The notes below the pieces were generated by a model. That model was not told the DNA's origin. It did no database searches and saw nothing but the letters and a program-made list of their open reading frames with translations. This document shows, piece by piece, positions 32,323 to 43,515 of a DNA stretch of 64,000 bases; the first letter of the stretch is position 1, and each line of letters opens with the position of its first letter. A program made the translations under genes and the position numbers. Source of the stretch: an uncultured Planctomycetota bacterium (GTDB taxonomy: Bacteria > Planctomycetota > Planctomycetia > Isosphaerales > Isosphaeraceae); contig CAWJTV010000014.1 in assembly GCA_963845755.1 (NCBI GenBank), positions 1-64,000 of the forward strand, given 5' to 3'.

Positions 32323-33837
32323 ATGACGCCCACAACCCATTCCTCCCGTTTCCGTCCCAATCCGATGCCGTGCGGCCGCACCCGCCGAGAGTTCCTCTGG
32401 GAGGTCGGCGGTGGGTTTGCCGGCCTGGCGCTGATCGACCTCCTCTCGAGGCAGGGCTTCTTTCCGGGCGTCGCTGCGGCGGAAGCCGCTTACGACAAGA
32501 CCGCGAAGGGGTCGGCGATTCCGGCCGGGTCGCATGTGCTCGCACCCAAACCGAGCCACTTCCCCGCCAAGGCGAAGCATGTCGTTTTCCTCTTCATGAA
32601 TGGCGCCCCGAGTCAGGTTGACACCTTTGATGACAAGCCGGCGCTGGAGAAGTACCACGGGACAGCCTACCAAGGAAAGACGCCCATCGGTTCCAATGGA
32701 CGCCCGGTCGGTCTCCTGATGAAATCGCCGTTCCGTTTCACCAGGCATGGTCAGAGTGGGCTGGAGATCAGCAGTTTGTTCCCGCATACTGCTCGGTTCG
32801 CGGACGACCTGTGCGTGATCCGCTCGATGTATACCGATACGGCCGCGCACGCCTCCGGCTGTCTCCAGATGAACACGGGTAGTGTGGTGATCGGTAAGCC
32901 GAGCCTGGGTTCCTGGCTGAGCTATGGGCTGGGGACCGAGACCGAGGAACTTCCCAGCTTCGTGGTGATGACCGATCCGCGCGGGGGTCCGATCTCGGGC
33001 GCCTCGAACTGGGCGGCGGGGTTCATGCCGGCCGCGTATCAGGGGACCCTGTTCCGCAGCAAGGGTTCGCCGCTGCTGGACCTGGCGACGCCCGAAGGAA
33101 CGAGTTCGCGTTCCCAACGGGATACCCTGGATCTGATCCAGGACCTGAACCGCAATCATCTGAAGGCTCATCGCGACGAAACCGAGTTAGCCGCCCGGAT
33201 TCATTCTTACGAGCTGGCGTTCAAGATGCAGACGGCCGCCGCCGCGGTCGTCGATCTGGACCGAGAGGACGCACGAACCCGGACGCTTTACGGTCTGGAC
33301 GATGAACGGACTCGAGACTTCGGCAGCAAATGCTTGCTGGCCCGACGACTCCTGGAGCGCGGCGTGCGGTTCATCCAGCTCTACTCGGGCGGCGGCCACC
33401 TCGAGGACACCTGGGACGGGCATTCCGACTGCATCAAGAACCACACGCTGCATGCCGGAGAGACCGACCAACCGGTCGCCGCACTCCTCACCGACCTGAA
33501 GCGGACCGGCCTCTGGGACGAGACCCTGATCGTCTGGGGCGGCGAGTTTGGCCGCACGCCCACCAGTGAGGGCCTTAACAAACCCGGCCGCGACCATAAC
33601 CCCTACGGATTCACCATGTGGCTCGCGGGTGGCGGAGTTAAGGGCGGCCAGGCCATCGGCTCGACCGACGAGCTGGGGTTCAACGCGGTGGAAAACCGTT
33701 GCCACGTCTCCGACCTTCACGCCACCATCCTCCACCTCCTGGGCCTGGACCACACGCGCCTGACGTATTTCTACCAGGGGTTCGACCATCGGTTGACCGG
33801 GGTTCGTGGCCAGGTCGTCACCCGATCTCTGGCGTGA
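32323..33837 (+). CDS. DUF1501 domain protein (Tat signal)
   Basis: TRREFL, FLFMNGAPSQVDTFD.KP, ARRL.ERGVRF, WDGH, GEFGRTP, GRDH, DLHATILHLLG. Confidence 0.93.
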   Translation: MTPTTHSSRFRPNPMPCGRTRREFLWEVGGGFAGLALIDLLSRQGFFPGVAAAEAAYDKTAKGSAIPAGSHVLAPKPSHFPAKAKHVVFLFMNGAPSQVDTFDDKPALEKYHGTAYQGKTPIGSNGRPVGLLMKSPFRFTRHGQSGLEISSLFPHTARFADDLCVIRSMYTDTAAHASGCLQMNTGSVVIGKPSLGSWLSYGLGTETEELPSFVVMTDPRGGPISGASNWAAGFMPAAYQGTLFRSKGSPLLDLATPEGTSSRSQRDTLDLIQDLNRNHLKAHRDETELAARIHSYELAFKMQTAAAAVVDLDREDARTRTLYGLDDERTRDFGSKCLLARRLLERGVRFIQLYSGGGHLEDTWDGHSDCIKNHTLHAGETDQPVAALLTDLKRTGLWDETLIVWGGEFGRTPTSEGLNKPGRDHNPYGFTMWLAGGGVKGGQAIGSTDELGFNAVENRCHVSDLHATILHLLGLDHTRLTYFYQGFDHRLTGVRGQVVTRSLA

Positions 33838-34045
33838 GCCGAAGGATCGTCTGCAAGATTCGGGAAACGGCTCGAAATCGCTCCCCGATCTCGAGAGGGA
33901 TTTACCATCGCCGTGCGATGCTGTTCCCATGCTGCCGCGGTCGGGTCCAAGAAAATGGTCAGATTCCGAAAAAAAGAGGAAGGAACGACGGCCGCCAAGG
34001 CATTATGGAATGCGGCTGGGTCTGGCAATTGGTGGGGGCACTCTG

Positions 34046-35935
34046 ATGGGGATTCGACTTCGCGGGCACGCGATCCACGAGATCCAGACCCTGTTTAGCT
34101 CCGGGGCGATGGGTTCCTGGACCGACGGGCAGCTCCTGGCCCAGTATCTGAGCGAGCAGGAAGGAAGCGAGGCCGCGTTACGAGTCCTGATCCACCGTCA
34201 CGGTCCGCTGGTCCTGGGAGCGTGTCGCCGGATCCTGGGTGACGAGCACGCGGCGGAGGATGCGTTCCAGGCCACGTTCCTCGTCCTCGTCAAGAAGGCG
34301 GCGGCGCTCCGCGATTGCAAGTTGCTGACCAACTGGCTCTACGGGGTCGCCCTCCGGGTCGCCAAGAAGGAGCGCGGCGAAGGCCGCACGGCGGCGCGTC
34401 GTCGAACGGCAAGCCGGCAACGCACGGCCGTGGTGGCAGGAGGAGGACCCGGAAAGTGCGGAACTGAGGTTCGTCATCGACGAGGAGATCCACAGGATGC
34501 CGGAGCGGTATCGGCTGCCGTTGATCCTCTGCCATCTGGAGGGCCTCCGTCACGAGGAAGTCGCACGACGGCTGGGCTGCGCCGTGGGGACCGTCGAGAG
34601 TCGCCTGTCGCGGGCCCGGGAGCAATTGCGTTTGCGATTAATCCGTCGCGGTCTCGCGCCGACGGCCTCGGTGCTCGCCTTGGCTCCGAACCCCCTGGAC
34701 TCCTCGGCGGCCGTTACCGTCTCTTCGATGATCGAGCCGACCGTTCAGGCCGCGATCACGCTGTCGAGCCGGCGGCGCCGGCGGCCTATCGGCCATCGTC
34801 CATGGTGTTGTCCACAGCGTCTTGAGGCTCTACCCGACGCTCCAGTCCGGCGTGCTCGTCTCGACGTTTCTGGCCTGCGTCGGCGTGGTCGCGGTGGGAC
34901 TCGCGGTCTTCCGGGCCGACCGAGAACCGCCCCAAGCTCACGCAACCGCCGTCGATCCGCCAGCGAACATGCCCCCGAAGCGCTCCGGGCCGGAAGCGAC
35001 GAAGACGAGCCCGGAATCGCCGCGGGTGTCGGAGGTGGCCTCCGTCGTACAGCCGCCCTCCGAGACCCCTCGAGGCGGCGATGAGCCGCCGAAGCCGCAA
35101 GAAAAAAAGGGGCGACGACCCTCGTTCCAGGCATCGGAAAAGCGTCAAATCCGAGTTGAGCCGGAGAAACCCCCGCGCGCCTCGGTCGTCCACGCACCGT
35201 CACTCACCGGGATCACCATCGACGGCCAACTGGACGACTGGCCCGCCGCAATGCCGCGGTATCCCATCGATAAGTTGTTGGGCGCGGACCCCGCCGGTTG
35301 AACTCGACACGGGAGGGCTCAACGGCGCCGACCTGTCGACCAGCGGGGATCTGAGCGCAGCCTTCTCGGTCGGTTACGACCCGAAGGCGCAACTGGTCTA
35401 CCTGGCCGTGATCGTTCGCGACGACAAACTCGTCATCGGACACACCAGCCCTTTCGATACCGACGCCGCCGAGGTTTACGTCGATGGGCTCCACAGCGAC
35501 CGAACGGTCCCCTACCCCGCTACCGAAAAAGCCTTCGAAACCGGACTCGCCGGCTTCCCGGTCCAGCAATATATCGCCATCGCGGGCAAGGGCCGGATCT
35601 ACGGAGTGCGGCAGGTGACCAACCCGGTCGTGATTGGCGGGGACGTGAGGAAAACCCGGACGAAGATGGCCTACAGCCGCAAGGGCGACGTCACGATCTA
35701 CGAGTGGGCGATCCAGGTCTTTGACCAGTACCCGGACAGACCGACTCGGCTTGAGGCCGGCAAGAAGATCGGGTTCGACATTGCCGTGGTCGACAAGGAC
35801 GTCCCGGCGACCACGGAAAAGGGAATGACCGAGCCGCGATCCGATCGGTCCGCCTGGATCTACTGGGGCCCGCCATGGCACGGCCAGAAGACGTACGACG
35901 CCGGCTCGCTCGGCACGCTGATCCTTGGGAATTGA
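34046..35935 (+). CDS. ECF sigma-70 factor with long C-terminal extension ending in a CBM9-like domain; several indels
   Basis: TDGQLL, RHGPLV.G.CRR, AEDAFQATFLVL, WLYGVA.RVA, PERYR.P..LC.LEG, GTV.SRL.RAR; TM helix; IDGQLDDW...LAVIVRDD...IGFDIAVVDKD. Confidence 0.82.
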
Positions 35936-36019
35936 CGGAAGGCGACAACGAACACCTCGTTCGTAATCGAGCCTCATTTCGATGATCGGGCTTGGCTTTC
36001 ATGCGGGCTGTCGTGAGGC

Positions 36020-39000
36020 TTACTCCCACGTCCGCGCCCGTGCGTAATAGTCGAGCATGGTGCTGACGATCCGCTTCTTCTCGTTGAGCGCCACGAACAT
36101 CACCAGGCCAATCCCCAGCCCCAGCATGATCGCCCACTTGGCGAAGGCGTAATCGAGGCTCACGCGGCCCATCTCGTAGACGAGGTCGAGCACGAAGGTG
36201 GTCAGCCCCAGCCAGAGGAACGTCTGCAATCGCAGGCCGATGCCGGCGACGATGCCCAGCAGCGAGACGAGCAAGAGCGTCAGCCAGGCGCCGAAACTGT
36301 CGAACTGCCAGATGGGCGCGGCAAGTGATGCATAGACGATCATCAGTCCGACCGATCGAATCGCGTTGACCGTGTCCCGGCCCAGCTCGCGGTTGACCTC
36401 GGCGAAGAGGATCGTCGAGAGGCCCACGGGGACGAAGTAGAACTGGGGATGGTCGGCCAGCATCCAGCCCAGCCGGCTCCAGGTGACCCACAGCGCCGCG
36501 TTGCAGAAGACGGCCGCTGCATAGCCTAGCCACTTCCATCGCATCTGGGCACACGCCACGGCATAGAACGTCGCCGCGGCCGACAGGTAGAAGAGACTCA
36601 CCCCATCTCGCACGCCCGTCGCGAGGAATTGAAGCAGGGGCAACAGCGGCAGGATCAGCGAGACATACCGCGTCGGGCGGACGTAGCATTCCGGTCCCTG
36701 GAGCCGCGCCAGGGCCTCGGAGAGGGCCAAGTCGATGTAGCCCAGGAGGGTCAAGATCGCCGCGTCGGCGGCGGTCGACATCGGGAACGCCAGCCGGTAG
36801 TCGATGTAGGCTCCGATCATCAGCCCGTGCGACAGGTAGACCAGCCACTCCGTCCGCCATCGTGGCACGAGCAGGATGTGCAGGACAGCCGCTGCCAGCA
36901 GGACGCCAACGCCCGCGAACGTCCCCCATAGCCCGAGAGCGGGGGCGTGGGTCCCGGCCGCCAGCACGACCGCTCCCGCGAACATCGCGGACACCGACGC
37001 CACGCTCTCCATGGCCTGGGCGAGCTTGCGTCGAAGGGAATGGCCGGAATCGGAATCCTCGAGCACGCCTTTCGCCTTGGGACGCGATCCCTCGATGCGC
37101 AGCAGCCCAGCCAGCCACCAGAGCAGGAATGCGGCCGCGACGGCACCCGAGGCGCCCCAGGTTCCCTCGATCTCGAGCCCGACGAATCCCAGCCATCGGG
37201 ACACGAGCCGGCCGGCGAACCACCAGGCAGCCGCGAGGGCCACGCTGCCCATGGCGGCGACCAGCGGCGAGCCGAGCGTCAGGCCGCCGAATCCCAGCGT
37301 GAGTGCGCCCAGGAACAGGGACGCGACCGTCGTCAATGCGACGGTCCCGCCCGTGAACGCCGCGGCCAGGATCGCCAGGATACAAGCCTGGTACGACATG
37401 GCGCGGCTCGATCGCCCCGACCGGACATCCCCCAGCCAGCTCAGTTCCTGCCAGCTCTCGCCGCGGGTGTACCTTCGCCAGAACAGGACCGCGGCCAGTC
37501 CAGCCATCGCCGTGACCGTGGGATAATAATCGGCTGCCGACGAGAGCTGCCCGGCCAGCGGCGAGGACGCAACACCCAGCCACCACAAAGCCAACACCCC
37601 AATCCAGTGGAGACTGATCAAGAGATTCTCCGGCTCCGCCGAAATCCGACCCTCGGGATCCGCCCCCTCGATCACCAGGAAGAACGAGGCCAGGCCGAGC
37701 GTCGCCAGCAGGATCCACCAGTCCGCGGTCGTGGAATTCACCCCGAACGGCCCCTGCCCCATCATCGCCGCACCCATCCCGCCGAGGACGATGCCGATCG
37801 CCAGGACGGCCGCCACTCCGAAGAGCACCAGGGCCCAGTTTCGTACGACCGGGACATATCCCGCATCGACCACACCGAGCCGGGCGCAGACCCTGGCTTC
37901 GTGCGATCGGGCCACGCGCTCGAGCATCGAAAGCCCCAGCGCCAGGACCATGCCGGCCATCGCCAACGCACTCCCTGACGTCAACGACGGCGCGATCACC
38001 GCAACCACGCTCCAGACCAGGAAGGTGAGCCCCACATGGACGCATTCGCGTCGCGGGTACGCCCGAAGCATCGCGATCGAGAGCAGGGACAGCGCCAGCG
38101 GCAACCAGGGATGCGCCGTCCAGGCGATCGCCCGATCCACGCTCAGGCCGATTCGCAGCGCCAGGGCGATCAGCCCGGCAACGATCGACGCATGGAACAA
38201 AGGAGATTCGTAGGCGAGCGGGCGCAGCCCTAGCCGGGCGCAAAGGGCGGCTTTCGATCGCTGGATCAAGACGCCGACCGCCCAGAGTACGAAGGCCGAC
38301 GACATCGCGAAGCCCACCACTCCGATCACCGGCATCGTGGCCAGCCATCGGAAATAACAGGCCGCGCCCAGTGCGGCCACAACCCCATAGAGCCACTCGG
38401 CACGCGCCAAGCTCTTGACCGTAAGGAGGAACGCCAGCGCCGCCATCGCCAACGTCACGGATGAGCGATCCGCCAGCAGGATGCCCAGGATCGCCAGTGC
38501 CACGGTCCAGTGGTAGAGCGGTCGCGCACACGACCGGACCCAATCGCCCCCCAGCGTTTCGCAACCGAACGCGATCGCCCAGAAGACGATCGCCTCGACC
38601 ACCGCACAGAGGCCGAGCACGAAGGCCATCCTGGGGTCGTTGTTCCCCACGCTGAACAGGACCAGGTACGTCGCCGTCACGACGTGGAACACGGCCGCGT
38701 AGGTCAACTCGACCTGCCGTAGGGTCCGCGCCAGCAGCATCGTCGCCGTCGCGGTCAAGGCCAGGGCGATCGCGCCGAGACGGTATGTGGACACGGTCAT
38801 GAAGCGGGATCCGACGGACGAGGCCGAGGCCGACGGCCGTCAGGAACAGGCTCATGTTCAAGCAGGGCCCGGCGTAGAAGTCCAACCCGCCGCGCCGGCG
38901 TGTGAGAGACCCCGCCATCCACAGCGAAATGGCCAACAGCCCCGTCACCACAGCGAGCCATCCGGTCGCCAACCCGGGATGACCCCAGGTGATCGGCCAG

Positions 39001-41883
39001 TACGAGAGATCGAGCACGCCCGCGACGAGCTGAGCCAGTCCCAGGTAGACCAGGCCCGACCGTTTCATGAACCGTGTGGTCCCGACGAGCGCGGGTGCCC
39101 CGAGCAGCCAGACCAGTCCCGTAATCCAGGCGACTCCAAGATCACGGAAAGCCATCCAGTCGGCAACCAGCGTCAGCATGACGACGGACTGCGGCAGAAT
39201 GCTCACGAACACTTCGGAGGCACCGGGAGCCGGCCGCATGCCGATCGGTGTCGGCGCGGCCGGCGTCGCGACCGCACGCAGCCTGTTGCGGAGCACCTCG
39301 GCAACGGCCAGGAACGCCAGTGCGTCGCCGACGAGGAGGAGGCCGTAATCCGCGGAGGAGAGGGATGCGCCGCCCATCGCGAGGGATAAGCCGCAGATCG
39401 TCAGCTCGACGAGGCTGACGAGCGTCACGCCGGCCCGGAGGATCCACGGCCGTTCGCGATTCAACACGAGTGCGAGGCTCGCCACCAGTCCGAACGTGCC
39501 CGCGGCGCCGATCGAGCTCGGCCCCTTCGCGGCGAGGAAGAGCGTGGCCACCACCAGGGCCAGCGTGGAAAGTCCGCGAGCGGCCATCGTCCAGGGGAGC
39601 GCGTACACGTCGTCAACGTCGAGGCGTCGCAAGCTCTTGCGGATGATCCAGCAGAACCAGGCGAGCGCGGCGCAGAGCAGCGCCTGGTCGGCGATAGTCA
39701 CACCGGGAATGAAGGTCGAACCCGAAATAGGCGGTCCCGACGAGCGTGCCGATGGTCAAGAACGTCAAAGAGGGTGCCGCGAAGAGCCAGACGGCCAGGG
39801 CGAACCAGATCGTGTAACCCGCGAGGACGATCGCGCCGGCCAGCGGCTCGAATCCGCTGTAAAGACAGGCGGCGATCGCCAGGGGCAGGCCGATGTAGTG
39901 GCAATGCCGCGCAAGCCGCTCGTCGTTCCAGGCTTGGGAGAACCACACCGAGAGGAGGGCCAGCACGGGATTGGCGACCAGTCCCAGCACTGTTAGGAAG
40001 GGCCAGGGAAGGAACTCCGGGTAGCCGAGGGCCACTCGGATCGCATCGATGATGATCTGGATCCGATCGGCCAGGAAATAATGGGCGCCGATACGGGCCG
40101 CGACCAGTGCGCCGATGGCCAGGTAGAGGAAGACGGGTTGACGTTTCTTCGACAGCGACACCGCATAGAGTGCAAATCCCAGGAGGCTGACGGCGAGTGT
40201 GTTCCCGCTGAAGAACGCCGAATGGATGGGTGGCGAGGACAACGCCAGCGCGAAGGCCAGCCCGGAGAGCGCATAGCCGCCGAGCTCGATCAGGGCCAGT
40301 CGTTGGGTATCCGGCTCGATGGGGGCCAGCCGCCGTACACCATGGACGAGGGCGATGGCGGCCAGCATGACCGGCCCCGCATAACAAGCCGGCTCCAGGC
40401 GGAGGACATGGACTCCGATGCGGATCAGGCAGGCCAGGCCGGCGAATCCGAGCAAGCCCAGCACGAGCGTGGCGAACCGGCGATGTTCTTCCGGCGACGC
40501 CCCCCAGCGCCGGGCTCCCAGGGCCCAGACCGAGACCAGGAACACGACGGCGGGCGCCTGGAACGCGGCGAACTGCCAGCCCCAGGGCACCGGCGCCCCG
40601 GAGCCGTCGCCGCGCTGCCGGCGCTCAGCATCAGCAACGCGATGGTCAGAAAACGCGCCTCGCCATGCGGCACCAGCATCCCGGTGACGATCCGCACCAA
40701 TCCCACCAGCACCAGACCGTCGACGGCCAGGAGGCCCAGTCGAAAGGTGGAGGGTTCCGCCAGCAACTTGAGCTCGCCCGCGAGCATGAAATGGATCGGC
40801 ACGATGATCAAGGTCGCGACGAGCATCATCTGGCCGGCACGTTCGGCCCCCCATCGCACGAGCCCCGCTCCCAGGCCGGCGAACATCATCGTCCCCACGA
40901 GGGCCAGCGCGGCACTTGCCGGCCGGCGACCAGAGCAAGGGGCCCAGCAGGAGGTGCGCGGCGACGGTCGAGCTCACCACGATCAGGAGCACCGCCAGAC
41001 AGAGGATCAACTTCTGCCAGTGCTCCTGGAGGAACTCTCCGGCGAAGGCCGCCCATGAGAACGATGGTGGCTCGATGATCCCGACCGCCGTACCACTCGT
41101 CGCCCCATGACCGGATGGCGCCGGCTCGGGAGCAATCCCCGTGAGGCGCTCGACGCGCAGGCGCGTCCGGATATTCTGGACCCAGCGCGACCAAACCGCG
41201 ATCGAGGGCTGCAAGTTCTGGAGGACCTCGTACAACGTCAGGGCCTCGTCGAGCTGGCCCGTTCGGTAAAGGGCGAACGCGGCGATCGTCAGGGCTTCGA
41301 CCTGGCTGGGCCGCAGGACGAGGATCTCACGGCACAGCGCGACCGCCTCGGCATCGCGGTGGTCGTCCATGGCGATCCGCGCCCGATCGAGCTGTTCGGC
41401 CACCTTGCGGTCCTGCTGGACCTGTTCGGCCTTGCGGCGCCGGACCTCCTCACGCTCCGCCTTCAGACCGAGGAGTCGGTCCAGCTTCTGCCGGAGCTGA
41501 GGGAATCGCTCCAGGGCCTCGGTGCAGACCGCGACGGCTCGCTCGTCTTGCTCGACCTCCCAGCTCAGGTCGATCGTCATCACCGTCGCTTCGAGCTGAG
41601 ACGGATCGATCTGTCGTGCCCGGTCGGCCCATTCCAGGGCTTCCCCCGGCCGGCTCCTGGCGAGGGTCCGGGCACGGGTCATCGTGGCCTGATAGTGGCC
41701 TTGCTGCTCGATGGTCTCGCGCCTTCGCTGACCCTCGGCCACGACCGTCGCGTACGAATCCGCGGCGATCATGCCGCGTTCGAGCAAGTTCTTCATTTGC
41801 TCGATGAGGTAATCCAGGTGCCCCAGCTCGTCGCGCTCGCCGGCCGACAGCAGGGGCTCGATCGTCGGACTCACAGCGGACAT
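36020..41883 (-). CDS. Very large polytopic membrane protein (roughly 1950 aa) with N-terminal TPR-like region, split by about four indels
   Basis: Continuous hydrophobic coding sequence over ORFs 39613..42198, 40425..40898, 35691..39701 and 36020..38800; likely start MSAVSPT at 41883. Confidence 0.7.
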
Positions 41884-41921
41884 GGTCTCGAAGCTCCGTT
41901 CCCACGGGACATCGGGAATCG

Positions 41922-42959
41922 TCAAGGTGCTCGCAGTAGTTTGACGGACTCCTGGCGCAACTCCTGGTCGAGTTGCTCCAAATCGCCGAAATGAGATTTG
42001 GCATCGTCCAGTCGGTGGAGCTGGTCCTTCCGGCCTCGGAGCGTTTGCAGATACGCCCGCAATTGCGGCAGCCGGACCGGGTCCGTCATCAGGTGGTAGA
42101 CGAGCAGCCAGCTCTCCGCGTAACCCAAGGTGCGTTGAGCCGGTAATCCCCCATACCAATTCGGCTTCTCCGTGACGAGGTTCGTCACGGGGATCCACTC
42201 CACGCGTCGCCGGGAATGGGCCAGCTCGATCAGCCGCCGCTGGTTGATCTGGCCGGGTTCACTGGGTCCCCGAAGCTTGCGCCGCTCTCCGTACATGGCT
42301 AGCCCCTCGGAGATCCAGTGGGGAGCATCGCCCGATCGTTCGAGGACTCCCGAGTTGAAATTCAGTTGATGAGTTGCCTCGTGGGTGACGGTTTCCCGGT
42401 TATCCTGGCCGGCCGCGACGGTCATCATCGGGGTGTTCCGAAAATCGAATAAAGCCAGCCAGTTCGTGCGTTGACTGTAGAATCCGGCCAGTCCCGGCGG
42501 GACACGGCCGGCATACTTCAGGAACGGGCGTTCGTCTTCGAACACGATCAAGATCAGACGACGGTCGGGCAGCTTGATATCAAATCCCTTGTCGCGGTAA
42601 TGCTTCAGATAATCGAGAGCGACCTGCTCGCAATCGGCCAGGGTCAGCTTGATGAAGGTCTCCGAGGCGTCACCCAGGGCCTGGTAGTGGGCGGATTGGA
42701 ACGTGTGGATCTCATGATTGGTGACTTTCTGCACGATGGCTTCGGCGCGGCGAATCTCCTGAGCGGCGGTTTCGCCGGCCCCCGACTTCGGGTCGTCCGC
42801 GCCGATGGCGAAATTGTTGCAGCGCTCGAGGATGCCGAATCCGACCGCCGCACGGCCCGCCAGGCGCAGCCAGTCCCGGCGATTGACGGTTCGCCAGGCG
42901 TGAGCGATCCCGAGCCGACGCGAATGATTCCTCGGTTCTCCGATGCATGGCCGCGTCAT
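41922..42959 (-). CDS. DUF1570 domain protein (HExxH zinc-peptidase-like), Tat-like signal
   Basis: NRRDWL, THEATHQL.FNSG, W.SEGLA.Y.E, YAESW; start uncertain. Confidence 0.85.
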   Translation of the reverse strand: MTRPCIGEPRNHSRRLGIAHAWRTVNRRDWLRLAGRAAVGFGILERCNNFAIGADDPKSGAGETAAQEIRRAEAIVQKVTNHEIHTFQSAHYQALGDASETFIKLTLADCEQVALDYLKHYRDKGFDIKLPDRRLILIVFEDERPFLKYAGRVPPGLAGFYSQRTNWLALFDFRNTPMMTVAAGQDNRETVTHEATHQLNFNSGVLERSGDAPHWISEGLAMYGERRKLRGPSEPGQINQRRLIELAHSRRRVEWIPVTNLVTEKPNWYGGLPAQRTLGYAESWLLVYHLMTDPVRLPQLRAYLQTLRGRKDQLHRLDDAKSHFGDLEQLDQELRQESVKLLRAP

Positions 42960-43515
42960 GTCCGCGCCTCCCGATGATTCCCGACACGTTGGATCGCCCT
43001 TTCCCACCAAGTCCTATTATTTCGAGAAGCCGGGCAGAATCACGAGAGCAGCCGTCCAAGAAAGTGGCGGGTGCGAACCACGCCGCGGTATCATCGGAGA
43101 GCAACGTGGGGGCCAGTTCCCTTTCCTTCTCCTATGACCAACTCGTCCGATCGTGTGACACTGTGGTTGGGAAATGACGAGAGCGTGGTTGCCGCAGGAC
43201 GTCTCGGACACGCGGATTGCCAACTCCTGCAATTGGCTCCCGCCTTGGGTGTGTAAGGCTTGATCGGTGTTGTTGCTGGAAGCTCCGCGGCAACGCTCGC
43301 GTTTCTGATCTGGCCCCAGCTTGACGGAACGGCAACGCGTCCTCCCTCACCGTCACCTCAACGGATCCCCGGGGACCGCCCACTCGGTACTACAATCAGA
43401 TGCGGGCCCAGGACGTCCGAATGGCCAACTTGCCATCCAACCTGAACCGATCCAGAACTTTCCCACTCATCGGCATTCCCTATGAAATGCCAGGTATTCA
43501 TGTCGACTGCACCGT

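Noticed and set aside
35691..38800. C-terminal part of the 1336-aa ORF and other long overlapping or antisense ORFs (e.g. 978..2741, 26792..28930, 54106..55950)
   Set aside because: Arg/Gly/Pro-rich shadow frames typical of high-GC DNA, overlapping well-supported genes
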